56,830 nucleotides of DNA from an uncultured virus (IMG/VR IMGVR_UViG_3300032073_000004) (IMGVR_UViG_3300032073_000004:62001-118830); one strand, 5' to 3'. Shown: positions 37,601 to 46,264, numbered from the stretch's first letter. The notes: a model not told the origin generated them from the letters alone. Numbers and translations: made by a program.

Positions 37601-38751
37601 ATATTTGCAACGAGCCTTCCAGCTTCAACCTCAGTGGCAGACATATATGCGTGTGCACTTGGTTTGTCCGGAGCTTCGTTGTGTAGGGGAAGAACTTTGT
37701 CGTGATAGTTGCTTTCCCATTCTTTAGTCAACTTGTCCATCAGGTCTGAATATTTCTTTTGACGTGATGCTGCAGGGTTTGGGTTTTTCTCTAGGTCATC
37801 TTCCAGTGTATCAAGCAACACATCCACCATCATTTCTATCTTGTCTTCTTCAACACCCCAAGCTTTAAGAGCACCATCAAGAAAGTCAATGTCGTGCTGC
37901 TTATCTTCTGCGTCGAATATTTCCATCCGACCGTTGGCGTTGAACACAAGCGCGACTTTATCGTAGCGAGTTCGATCTTTAGTCTTCGTCGGCTTCTTTT
38001 CTTTCCCAGGTTTTTCTTCTCGACCGATAAAGGGGAGAAGTTCGTGGTATTTTTTGATGAGGTTTGTGACTCTGTTGCGAGCAAACAACTCTCTTCTTCC
38101 GCTGACCTTGCCATCGTCGTCCAGCACAACTATATCATTTGCGTTTTTAACCATCCAGGCTAAATATTTGTTTTTTCCAGAAGGGTCTTCTTGTGACATC
38201 TTGTCAATACCCCTTGGGCCACTGTATGTCTTATTCCAGTCTTCATAATCTGATAGAACCCATTGGGGGTATTTCTTTTTTAAGTCTTCGAGTTTGCCTT
38301 CAAACAGGTCGTCGAGCTGAGCGTTGAAGTCTTCAACCTCATCATCAGACATGTCTCCTGCTCTACCAGCATCAACACTTTTCGGAAGAATGTAATAGAG
38401 AGTTACGCCATGACGGTTATAATATCTATCAAACATATTTGATTCTTTGGAACCAGCCGTACACCACTTTGTCCCAGAACCATAGTGACAAGAAGCTTCT
38501 GTTGTTTTCGGTGCGACAATTTGAAATGCATCACTAGGACTTTCTACTTTTCTGTATTCTTCTGGGGGAACACTTTTCTTTGCTTTCTTTTCTTGAGAGG
38601 CTTTCTTTAAGCTTGCGGCCTTCTGAATGACGACTCCCATTTCCCTGGGGGTGAGAGTAGTGTGGTCTTTAGGGTTTGACTTCTTTCCTTCTTCTATCTC
38701 GTTGTCTGGCTTTCTTGTTATTTTAGCATATATCTTTTCTTCTAATTTCAT
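34681..38751 (-). CDS. 1356-aa protein, tandem fusion of two paralogous units with WCT-motif (PcfJ-like) domains
   Basis: MKLEEKI at the start and internal MKLEERI; SCHYGSGTKWCTA and ACLLGKKTSWCTA. Confidence 0.7.
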   Translation of the reverse strand: MKLEEKIYAKITRKPDNEIEEGKKSNPKDHTTLTPREMGVVIQKAASLKKASQEKKAKKSVPPEEYRKVESPSDAFQIVAPKTTEASCHYGSGTKWCTAGSKESNMFDRYYNRHGVTLYYILPKSVDAGRAGDMSDDEVEDFNAQLDDLFEGKLEDLKKKYPQWVLSDYEDWNKTYSGPRGIDKMSQEDPSGKNKYLAWMVKNANDIVVLDDDGKVSGRRELFARNRVTNLIKKYHELLPFIGREEKPGKEKKPTKTKDRTRYDKVALVFNANGRMEIFDAEDKQHDIDFLDGALKAWGVEEDKIEMMVDVLLDTLEDDLEKNPNPAASRQKKYSDLMDKLTKEWESNYHDKVLPLHNEAPDKPSAHAYMSATEVEAGRLVANIKNFVYLPIPDEIGGYEKMTGHEEFRGNDRSRNEQFVSYLRMKMDLPEYSKMVEGVALHTFNSGKEKYDNGEVPVDRVFKAKIREPKLDITGRKGKQEYIIMDMRWSVMITDPESKIPAEEMDRLYAGAISDLRNFSHSLSSDLPATTGPAANEWPEKMDVKAFKEFTKLAKEWIKNHPREAPEKELVGTRDSIDAIMGQLGLEESAMKLEERILVKLLGEELLQEVSLDDAMSSLGGKAGKKIIKSYNFDQGKDPGDDYNRLHKKLHSVISLTYTPADVVPGNISRTHQPEKHKSIQDSNRAQIIFWWLRYLKTDTELRDRILSGQYPLANRDAILIRQNFETFFQHPRHMKVSDIGQIKTKEMLDDVVKAGQASIDAENDKKMANDAVGRTEFFAGGYKLDDKGQVLRDEQGIPQFRRSKDGWVIAAAHGKGAACLLGKKTSWCTASPGLDYFNQYYGGEDDPLFYIHTPGDTRDDPEDDGDRFQFHYGSKQFMDVTDTPVRGDEFEILHGKLKDVLKDNGFEGRFDTVFDYEMIDYDSKLKEIMEAAEQRLDHGNRISLAFDTYDDYEDMTINVEATISFIYDSGEFDGKEDLDMYELDALRDAFQDANQNLMIGNQEDPAIMQDLMQYIDIHVSGRTVKVTIECYGSFYGESGIEGAEDFFNNVEYGPDNKYEACQGKIRATLIEGGVLPFTKYDTLLYGQGENAEVQVYDPEDDGREVEDKTAKELQDEFEEQYKNLHLISFDPENGEMEFSIPYPPPEEVQQDKTQIIGDRPSNDGAQKILRRGLNVFQKLLQRQPSLPGMEEQDTDDIIDRIMYVSERNDLVGYMIVYKTTAKMDISVELSKYSEEELDAIVDGTRLFDKHWKLWQASLQSATERWIKMNPQSIRRDNNFDADRKLAGVQAGEPVGATLGAPQPAQEAKDYQNSPAKKQHSTRKGLLIRVPGKTADKGHKLAPTKRSKSAPPGSGA

Positions 38752-39335
38752 TTGATGTCCTCGTTGAGAAAGATTTCTGTTTTCCCAAACTTGGGAGTAT
38801 CAAATATGTCTACTTTCTCTATTTCGAATTTTGCTGCAGCGACATAGCAGCAATCGTATATATCTGCTGAGTCTATCATCCATTCATTTTTGTCTACCTT
38901 GTTTGGTAAACGATAGTCACACCAATATTCTTGGCCGTTTTTCTCGTATATACATAGTGCATGGGCAGACATCTGTCCGTTGCCCTTTTTAAGCATAGAA
39001 TAATATCCGAACCACACTCTGTCAACGAGGTTGGACTTTTTCAAAACAGTAGCCCAAAATATAGCATGGTCGTCACAATCGCCAAACAGCTTGCCGGAGT
39101 CTATATTATTTTGCAGACGTGAAGGATGAGTAAGATAGTCTAGCATTCCATTTACAGGATCTTTGCGATACTTTGTACCCCAATCAAAAAACTCGGGTAT
39201 CTCACAAATGTCATTCATTTTTCTTAGTGTAACATTGTCTCTAGTTAGAAACATGGTAAGTCGATACCACACTTTTGCAAATGAGACGTTTAGTGAGAAT
39301 AATTTTTTGGTGAGGAATATCTTAATTTTCTTCAT
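38748..39335 (-). CDS. Transglutaminase-like cysteine protease
   Basis: GDCDDHA ... HAL ... D triad pattern. Confidence 0.65.
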   Translation of the reverse strand: MKKIKIFLTKKLFSLNVSFAKVWYRLTMFLTRDNVTLRKMNDICEIPEFFDWGTKYRKDPVNGMLDYLTHPSRLQNNIDSGKLFGDCDDHAIFWATVLKKSNLVDRVWFGYYSMLKKGNGQMSAHALCIYEKNGQEYWCDYRLPNKVDKNEWMIDSADIYDCCYVAAAKFEIEKVDIFDTPKFGKTEIFLNEDIK

Positions 39336-39339
39336 GATA

Positions 39340-39347
39340 TAAATAGT
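39340..39347 (-). promoter_or_regulatory. Putative late promoter motif ACTATTTA
   Basis: 4 nt before ATG 39335. Confidence 0.6.
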
Positions 39348-39350
39348 TTT

Positions 39351-39578
39351 TTAATACACAACTTCTAAAAAGTTTTTATACATGAAGCAGGAATAGGGTT
39401 TTTGATCAAAACTGAATGGCGCATCGGGCCGCCAAAGCCAACTAACTTTCACCATTCTTGGGTCCGGTGACAAGCCACTGCACTTCAAAATAATACCATA
39501 TCTTTTTGGGGAACACTTGCTGCTCACTAATGTTCCGACATCAATTTTATTACTCTTAACAGGTTGGACTGATTTCAT
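39351..39578 (-). CDS. Small KOW/SH3-like protein
   Basis: VGTLV...YGII...VKV.W. Confidence 0.55.
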   Translation of the reverse strand: MKSVQPVKSNKIDVGTLVSSKCSPKRYGIILKCSGLSPDPRMVKVSWLWRPDAPFSFDQKPYSCFMYKNFLEVVY

Positions 39579-39834
39579 CTATTTCTACTCCCATAATAAA
39601 CAGATTTAACAAAAGTTCTTCATACTCTACTTCATCTAACACAAACATCATATAAGATAAGAATTCTTTAGCATCACTCCTACACAGTGTATCTATATGA
39701 TAACATATAAATGTCATTATCTCTGCGTCGATGACTTCTGGTATTTCCGGAAGGCTCTCGATAGGTATATTGAATTTATATTTTGAAATTTCTTTTTTTA
39801 CTTTAGCTATCTTTTCACTTCTTTTTTCAAACAT
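39556..39834 (-). CDS. Hypothetical protein
   Basis: 92 aa, coupled. Confidence 0.6.
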   Translation of the reverse strand: MFEKRSEKIAKVKKEISKYKFNIPIESLPEIPEVIDAEIMTFICYHIDTLCRSDAKEFLSYMMFVLDEVEYEELLLNLFIMGVEIDEISPTC

Positions 39835-40354
39835 TTTCTTCCATTAAGCCCTCATAGTATTCGTCCAGCTCCTCTTCTGTCATCCATTCTGTAGGTATAA
39901 AATCTGAAGTGTTTATCTTTCCTGCGCCGGGCAAAGGAACACTCTCTTTTGTTATTTCATCTTCCCATTCAGAATATAGCTGGTCTTCTTCCTTATCAGT
40001 ACGTATCTCTTCGTCTTGTTTTTCAGGCTCGGAAAAAACGTGTCTTAAAATATCATCTCTTGCTTTTTTGCAAACTCTTTCATGTTCTTGCAATTGATCG
40101 CAAGCTCTTTTAATGCTTTCGTCATATATTATATCATACTTCTCTACTTTAATGCAATAAGAATCTAACGCCCATGCTTCTCTGTTTTTATATTTTATCC
40201 TTAAAAATATAACTCCCTGGTGTGAGCGGCTGGATTTTACATCTATGACTTCACAAACATTTCCAGGTATCATGTTATTTGATGCCTTCCAGTATTTCCA
40301 CCACTTTATTCTATTAGCTATTTGAACCCAATCACCCTTACTAAAGCTCGCCAT
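39827..40354 (-). CDS. Hypothetical protein with N-terminal SH3-like domain and acidic tail
   Basis: FSKGDWVQI. Confidence 0.6.
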   Translation of the reverse strand: MASFSKGDWVQIANRIKWWKYWKASNNMIPGNVCEVIDVKSSRSHQGVIFLRIKYKNREAWALDSYCIKVEKYDIIYDESIKRACDQLQEHERVCKKARDDILRHVFSEPEKQDEEIRTDKEEDQLYSEWEDEITKESVPLPGAGKINTSDFIPTEWMTEEELDEYYEGLMEENV

Positions 40355-40946
40355 TGTTAACCCCCAAGAACCGAAACCATTCAGTCTTTTTAAAGCGCCT
40401 TGCGTAGTATCTAAAAAATTTAATATCGAAACATAAAGGCTTTGGTCTTTTAAGTAGTTTCATGTTACATTGTAACAGAGTCTTACTGCCTTTTAAATTA
40501 TTGCACTCTTTGCAGCTCGTTGCTGCATTTGCCCATGACATCTCTCCCCCTTTGGACTTTGGGATAATATGATCCACGGTCGCATGGCCTTGGGATAACT
40601 TTATTCCGCAGTATTGGCACTCGTACATATCTCTGATAAATATGTTCATCTTGGTACATGAGGGAGAGCGAGTTCTTTTTTGAATATAGTTTTTAAGTAT
40701 TATTATTTTTGGAATTCCAAACACACTGCTTACTGAGCGAAGAACTTCGAAGTCTGCATCCCTCATTTCATTCCTGTGTTTCGAATGTCTCATCCACTCT
40801 TCGAGAGTAAAAACATTATAGTCATTATCTATCACATTTGCTGCTTCTCTGAAAACAAGATAAATGGCCCCGCGAACGCTTGTTATTCTTATGGGGCGAT
40901 AGTTTTTATCTAAGACTAATACCTTCTTATTAAGAATCAAAGGCAT
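40341..40946 (-). CDS. HNH endonuclease (McrA/COG1403 type)
   Basis: VLVLD.NY.P, RD.YECQYCG, TVDHIIPKSKGG, SCKECNNLKG. Confidence 0.9.
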   Translation of the reverse strand: MPLILNKKVLVLDKNYRPIRITSVRGAIYLVFREAANVIDNDYNVFTLEEWMRHSKHRNEMRDADFEVLRSVSSVFGIPKIIILKNYIQKRTRSPSCTKMNIFIRDMYECQYCGIKLSQGHATVDHIIPKSKGGEMSWANAATSCKECNNLKGSKTLLQCNMKLLKRPKPLCFDIKFFRYYARRFKKTEWFRFLGVNNGEL

Positions 40947-41003
40947 GGCAGCATCCTCGGCAAACTCCCTCCTACGGGCGTAGTGCCCTATGAGGACACC
41001 ACC
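40947..41003 (-). promoter_or_regulatory. Structured 5' leader sequestering the HNH RBS
   Basis: GGUGGUGUCCUC pairs with GAGGAUGCUGCC (12 bp, 4 G-U) directly before AUG; inner GGCA/UGCC and CUAC/GUAG stems. Confidence 0.6.
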
Positions 41004-41036
41004 ATATTAATATATATGATAGAAGAGATATTTTAA

Positions 41037-44000
41037 CTATCCCAAATTTATAAAGTTTACATTGGCAGGCACAGATTCCGCTTTAATCATGAGGGGCGCA
41101 TATCCGGCTCCTGCCTTTACTTGTACATTTTCGTTCGTGCTATCAACTTTCATTTGGAAATACATTGTTTTAGATTCCCCAGCAGCCCAGTTGTGGGTTC
41201 CGTCTGTCCCATCAAAATACCACTGAAGAACATATATGCCGAACTTCTCTTCTGTGTGTCCGTTTATTTGTTCATCATTCCAATCAGAGCCCCAGCTTCC
41301 CTCAGTGGATTCAGAGTCGCTATCGGTTATTCTACATCTCCAAAGATTCTCTGAAGAATCAAAATCTCTAATAGACATCTTGAGAGTCACCAGCACCTTG
41401 CGGCTCGCTGGGACAGTGAAAGTGATAGAGGGCTTAATGTTGGCATCACTATCACTATTAATTTGTTTATAGGTCGTTGTGAAACTGCCGCAGGAAAATG
41501 TAGTAGTTGCACCGTCCATAATTGTTTGTGACAAGAGAGTTGAACCGCTGACGATATCGAGAGGAACTTTCGGGTTATTCGTTCCAATACCTACATTTCC
41601 GGAGCCACTAATGAACAAAGAGTTTGCAGTTGCTTTTCTACTTATCGACAACACATTGGTATCTGATGTGGAGTTATCTCTGACTCCCAAATGAAGCATT
41701 CCATTGTGAGGAGAAGCGGCATCACCGTCATAATCTAGAAATGCGCCATAGGTCATAACTTGACTTCCGTTAGTATCCTCTGCCATCTCTAGCCGACCAG
41801 AAAAGTTTGATGCTGAACTGTTGTCTCCACCGAGGCGTATTGAAACTACTCCGCCATCTGCATCGCCCTCAATTGATAAGTTAGCATAAGGGCTGGTCGT
41901 ACCAATTCCTACCTTGTTGCCGCTACTATCAACATATAGAGTGTCTGTATCAAACGTCGCATTACCGGTGAAAGTCGGACTTGCAGTAGGCGCTTTCGCA
42001 TCAAGCTGAGTTTGAATAGCACTGGTCACACCGTCAACATAATTTAGTTCTGTTGCTGTAGCTGTGACTAAAGTACCGCCCAGGGATAAGCCTGCCGAAG
42101 AGCCGTTATGTGATGATATATCAGCGTCGCCAGTTACAGTGAGATCATCATTTACAAACATATCATCAGTGCATCTTATATCTCCGTTCACGTCCAAGGT
42201 ATAACTTGGGGTACTATCAAGGATGCCAACAAAACCGTTTGTTCCTTTGATGCTTATTGCTGTGTTTGTCGTGCTGTCTCTTTGTCCAAATATTAAATTA
42301 CCACTAGAATTATAATAAATAGGAAACCAATTATCTGCATCTGATTTTTCAAGCCTGATGCCGCCTGTGCTATCTTGGGCCGACTGTTTAATATGAAATT
42401 TAGAGTCCGGGTCGTTGGTACCAACACCAACATCACCATCATTCTGGATTCTCATTCTTTCAGTATCGTTTGTGCCGAAATAGAGGTCGTAGTTTGTTGA
42501 TACATTCAGGTAAGTGTTACCGTCGGTATTTATAGAATTGCCGTCAATATACATGTTGGTACTGCTGTCTGTTATTTTTACAGTAGCGTTACCTAATGTA
42601 AGCCCACCTATATCTCCAACTGTAGCATTTCTGTCAACGTGCAATGCTGCAGCCGGAGAAGTTTCATTGATGCCAACTCTGTTCAAACTTGGGTTGTAAG
42701 AAATACCAGCGTCGGTTTTTAATTGTTGTGTTGCAGCAGTGCTATCAACAAAGGTTAGGTAATGAGATGCGTTGCCGCTATCCGTTGCGGTAGTGACGTT
42801 AGTAGCGTTAGTAGCGTTGGTAGCAGTTGCGGCATTGCCACCGGTTGCTAATTTTCCGTCTAATTGAGTTTGGATGGCGGAGGTTACACCGTCAACGTAA
42901 TTTAGTTCTGTTGCAGTTGCAGTGACTAATGTGCCACCAAGTTTAAATCCATTGGCAGAACCGTCGTGAGTGCTGATATTAACATCTGCTCCGAAGGTAG
43001 CATCACCATCTTGGTCAACCAACAATGCGTTTACATCTGTGCCACTCTGATTATCCATAATAAGAGCAAACTGGTTTGCATCACCGTCATTGTCTCCAAG
43101 ATACCTAATTGCCCACCCATGCGTTTGGACGCCGCTTTGTAATACCCTAATTACGTCTGCATCCGTATCGTTGCCTCCATTCATAATTATCGCGGGAGTT
43201 GTTTCTGTGAGTTTGGTGATGGTGAGCGAAGCACCATCCCATGTAAGATCACTGTTTCCTTTAAAGGAGCCTGTGCCAGTTGCTGTAAGGACTCTGTTGT
43301 TTGCTCCGCTCGACATAAAGTCAGTAACGTCTACGGATAGATGATCTCCAGTTAAGTCAAGCCCGTTACCTACTGCTAAGTTTGTATTATCACTTATATC
43401 AATTGAGCTGAGTGTTGCCAACGATCCTAAGCCTAGTGTAGCTCTGGCTGTCGAAGCATTTGCGTCGTCGATAAGAGTTTTACCGAATGCAGATACGGTC
43501 GTTGTGCCAATAGTCAAGTCGCCATCTATCTGCAAGTTTCCGGACTCATCAAGATTTAAAATTTCCGTATTATAAGCATTGACAGTAAACTCATTAGATG
43601 AATTATTATTTGAGTCTATAACAAGATTTATATCGCCATAAGATCTAATATTGAGATCACTGGTGGTGCCATTTATATCTCCGCCCTCGACCACGATATC
43701 CTTGTGAGCAGTTAAATCTCCTTCAACTCTTAATGTGTCTCCAAGAGTTGCCGCTCCGGAGCCAGAGATGGTCCCTTCGACAGACAAGTTATTGCCTAAG
43801 CTTGTTGCGCCTGCAACTTGCAAAGTACTAGAGCCGGAAATAGCAGCAGCAGCCAAGTTTCCTGTGAAAGTTGGGCTCGCTGCAGGCGCTTTCGCATTCA
43901 ACTGAGTTTGAATAGCACTGGTAACACCGTCAACATAATTTAGTTCTGCTGCAGTTGCAGTAACTAATGTGCCGCCGAGCTTGAAGCCATTGGCAGATCC

Positions 44001-45092
44001 GTCGTGAGTGCTGACATTGACATCTGCGCCGAAAGTGATGTCACCGTCTTGGTCTGCAAGAATTGCATTAACTGGCGTTCCGTCTTGATTATCCATTTTA
44101 AGGGCAAAACGGTTGGCATCACCGGTTCCAGTTCCCATGTACTTAATCTGCCATCCGTGGGTATCTGTCTGGCCCTCTCTTGCTCTAAGGATGGTGACAT
44201 CATTATTATCACACTCCGCAACGAAGGCAGGATTATTATCACTCTCTTTGTTTATGGTAAGGGTATTGCTAGAATTAAAAGTTAAGTTCGCTTCGCCGCT
44301 TATTGCAGAAGCCCCCGTTGCGGTTACTACTCTATCGTCTAAACCGTTTGATAGTGTGGCACCACCACCAGCCGAAGGGAGATTAGAAATTAAAACTTTC
44401 TTAGTAGAGTTGTCAGTTACATCTTGTAAGACAACATAGTCCGAGGTTGCCGCCGTTGTGCCCAAGGCAGATAGTTCATTTACATCCAGCGACAATACCC
44501 CGCTTGATGCTGCGAGGCCATTGCCAGCCATAAACGTAGCGACATCATCAATACTCTCTAACTGTTCGGTAGAACCGTCGGAGTCTAAAACTAAAAACTT
44601 ATCACCAGAGGCTATTTGTACATCTGAAAACTCGCTTATGTCTACATTTAAAGTTGCAGCTCCAGAGTTCGCTCCACCAGATAAGCCAGTACCCGCAATA
44701 ACAGAAGTTATGTCAGCGTCGATGGTGCTTGTAAGGTTTGAAACGGTTACTTTTTTTGTAGAGTTGTCGGTGATGTCCTGCACCACGATGAAGTCACCGC
44801 TAGCAGGCGCTGTGCCCAACGCTGTTAGCTCGCTAGCATCGAGGGCTAGCGATACCTCACCCGCAGTCCCACCCCCGGAGAGGCCGACTCCGGCGCTCAC
44901 AGAGGTAATGTCACCATCACCTCCACCGGTATGAAAGTCAAATATCTCTGTCTCGACACCTTTGATGACTTGAAAAACTTTAAGATTGTCATCGTCGCCC
45001 ACACGAATATCGAAATATGTTCCCTTGCTTCGGGCTTTATTCAATATTTTGAGGGTTTCGGACCAAAGGTTGCTTAGTTTGTTTGAAGGCAT
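41037..45092 (-). CDS. Long tail fibre / receptor-binding fibre
   Basis: G/S/T-rich, DITSV.AG.GLSGG repeats, VGIGT repeats, internal duplications. Start refined behind GGAG. Confidence 0.8.
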   Translation of the reverse strand: MPSNKLSNLWSETLKILNKARSKGTYFDIRVGDDDNLKVFQVIKGVETEIFDFHTGGGDGDITSVSAGVGLSGGGTAGEVSLALDASELTALGTAPASGDFIVVQDITDNSTKKVTVSNLTSTIDADITSVIAGTGLSGGANSGAATLNVDISEFSDVQIASGDKFLVLDSDGSTEQLESIDDVATFMAGNGLAASSGVLSLDVNELSALGTTAATSDYVVLQDVTDNSTKKVLISNLPSAGGGATLSNGLDDRVVTATGASAISGEANLTFNSSNTLTINKESDNNPAFVAECDNNDVTILRAREGQTDTHGWQIKYMGTGTGDANRFALKMDNQDGTPVNAILADQDGDITFGADVNVSTHDGSANGFKLGGTLVTATAAELNYVDGVTSAIQTQLNAKAPAASPTFTGNLAAAAISGSSTLQVAGATSLGNNLSVEGTISGSGAATLGDTLRVEGDLTAHKDIVVEGGDINGTTSDLNIRSYGDINLVIDSNNNSSNEFTVNAYNTEILNLDESGNLQIDGDLTIGTTTVSAFGKTLIDDANASTARATLGLGSLATLSSIDISDNTNLAVGNGLDLTGDHLSVDVTDFMSSGANNRVLTATGTGSFKGNSDLTWDGASLTITKLTETTPAIIMNGGNDTDADVIRVLQSGVQTHGWAIRYLGDNDGDANQFALIMDNQSGTDVNALLVDQDGDATFGADVNISTHDGSANGFKLGGTLVTATATELNYVDGVTSAIQTQLDGKLATGGNAATATNATNATNVTTATDSGNASHYLTFVDSTAATQQLKTDAGISYNPSLNRVGINETSPAAALHVDRNATVGDIGGLTLGNATVKITDSSTNMYIDGNSINTDGNTYLNVSTNYDLYFGTNDTERMRIQNDGDVGVGTNDPDSKFHIKQSAQDSTGGIRLEKSDADNWFPIYYNSSGNLIFGQRDSTTNTAISIKGTNGFVGILDSTPSYTLDVNGDIRCTDDMFVNDDLTVTGDADISSHNGSSAGLSLGGTLVTATATELNYVDGVTSAIQTQLDAKAPTASPTFTGNATFDTDTLYVDSSGNKVGIGTTSPYANLSIEGDADGGVVSIRLGGDNSSASNFSGRLEMAEDTNGSQVMTYGAFLDYDGDAASPHNGMLHLGVRDNSTSDTNVLSISRKATANSLFISGSGNVGIGTNNPKVPLDIVSGSTLLSQTIMDGATTTFSCGSFTTTYKQINSDSDANIKPSITFTVPASRKVLVTLKMSIRDFDSSENLWRCRITDSDSESTEGSWGSDWNDEQINGHTEEKFGIYVLQWYFDGTDGTHNWAAGESKTMYFQMKVDSTNENVQVKAGAGYAPLMIKAESVPANVNFINLG
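41966..44035 (-). repeat. Three intragenic copies of LGGTLVTATA.ELNYVDGVTSAIQTQL
   Basis: Copies at about 41966-42120, 42860-43000 and 43861-44035, similar at nucleotide level. Confidence 0.85.
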
Positions 45093-45109
45093 AAAAAACT
45101 CCGTCCCAA

Positions 45110-45117
45110 TAAATAGT
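45110..45117 (-). promoter_or_regulatory. Putative late promoter motif ACTATTTA (tail fibre)
   Basis: 17 nt before ATG 45092. Confidence 0.6.
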
Positions 45118-45141
45118 GAGGAACGGAGCATTTGTTGCTTA

Positions 45142-45192
45142 TCGGCAGCGAAGCGCCGAATTTTTTGCGATTTTTTTTGCGCTAAATTTTTT
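45142..45192. terminator. Hairpin plus three T-tracts at the early/late boundary
   Basis: TCGGC...GCCGA stem; T runs at 45161-66, 45171-78, 45187-92. Confidence 0.45.
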
Positions 45193-45405
45193 CTAGAGGC
45201 TTAAATTGTATTTTTTGCTCAAATAAGCCTTAATTTCTTCCGGGCTTGAGGCTGTCATGATAGGTCGCTCCTCATTGTGAAGCATATAAAGCTCCCTACC
45301 GTCCTTTGTTCCCATAGTAACGTGCAAATTTAGGCCATTTCTCTTAATAGAGAACACTTCTCTTACTTCATCCCACATATCTAACTCCAAAATAAACTTA
45401 TTCAT
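45193..45405 (-). CDS. Hypothetical protein
   Basis: 70 aa, coupled. Confidence 0.6.
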   Translation of the reverse strand: MNKFILELDMWDEVREVFSIKRNGLNLHVTMGTKDGRELYMLHNEERPIMTASSPEEIKAYLSKKYNLSL

Positions 45406-45598
45406 CCACTTTTTGTTCCGTTACGTCCAGAGTACCAGCGAAATTCGCCCTTTCAGAGACTTTTGCAGTACCATCCATAAGACTTTCGAGGTCATAACCT
45501 AAATTTTCGAGCGTATCTCGCATAATTTCTGCTTTTTTCTTAGCTTTGCGTTTAATTCGCTCTTCTCTTTTGGTAAACTTCTTCATCATTTTGCCCAT
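45398..45598 (-). CDS. Hypothetical protein
   Basis: 66 aa, AGGAG RBS. Confidence 0.65.
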   Translation of the reverse strand: MGKMMKKFTKREERIKRKAKKKAEIMRDTLENLGYDLESLMDGTAKVSERANFAGTLDVTEQKVDE

Positions 45599-45607
45599 TA
45601 TTGTCTC

Positions 45608-45919
45608 CTATTGTTGTAAGTATGGGGAAACGAGGTCTATCTCCTCGTCAAAAAACTCTTCTTTGCGTCCATCCGGTAAAAGTACGAGATATAATGGAAC
45701 ATATTCGAACGGTTCATCAGGACTATTATATATTTCAGGGTGCTCGCGGTACAATTCAATATCATAATATCTCTCACTATAAAAAGGAGACTCCAGCTCG
45801 TGACATACATTCAAGACAATGCCAACGTGATGGTACATATCCTTATTAACGAAAGCAGGCTCCCTTATCTTAACTAAGTCTCCCTTCATGTACTTCGGTT
45901 CCTTCTTCTTGACACCCAT
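45608..45919 (-). CDS. Small KOW/SH3-like protein
   Basis: KGDLVKI...VGIV...YLV. Confidence 0.6.
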   Translation of the reverse strand: MGVKKKEPKYMKGDLVKIREPAFVNKDMYHHVGIVLNVCHELESPFYSERYYDIELYREHPEIYNSPDEPFEYVPLYLVLLPDGRKEEFFDEEIDLVSPYLQQ

Positions 45920-45927
45920 AGCACACT

Positions 45928-45956
45928 ATTGTAGCACAGATACTCACAAAAGTCAA
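45928..45956 (-). promoter_or_regulatory. sigma70-type promoter (near-leaderless)
   Basis: TTGACT-17-TACAAT, 8 nt before ATG. Confidence 0.7.
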
Positions 45957-45959
45957 ATA

Positions 45960-46139
45960 TTATTTAATAAGAGATACTTTATCTTCCACATACCATGAGT
46001 TACCACCCGCCATCTTGATGAAACCAATAGTAGGCTCAACGTAGTACCATATATCCTCATGGGCTGAGACTCCCCTTACTTCTCCCTCGAAAAGCAACTC
46101 ACCATCTTTTACAAGTACCTTGTCTCCAATACTAAGCAT
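45960..46139 (-). CDS. Small KOW/SH3-like protein
   Basis: IGDKVLV; start refined behind AGGAGG. Confidence 0.6.
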   Translation of the reverse strand: MLSIGDKVLVKDGELLFEGEVRGVSAHEDIWYYVEPTIGFIKMAGGNSWYVEDKVSLIK

Positions 46140-46264
46140 GTACCTAACCCTCCTATGAAACTCTCTTAGAGAAGCTTCTGTTAGCTTACACAAATATGCT
46201 AAGCATTAGTACATAGTATTAGATATATGCTATTGAAAAAACTCAAAAAATAACAAGCAGAATT

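Noticed and set aside
40341..40946. HNH as intron-encoded, or IscB/HEARO-type
   Set aside because: The flanking genes are not split, there are no RuvC motifs, and the intergenic space (90 bp) is too short for such RNAs.
44113..44934. Plus-strand ORFs inside the tail fibre
   Set aside because: Antisense frames produced by Gly/Ala/Thr codon bias.
41037..45092. Diversity-generating retroelement acting on the fibre
   Set aside because: The repeats are in-frame coding copies differing mainly at synonymous positions, not adenine-specific. No reverse transcriptase is present.
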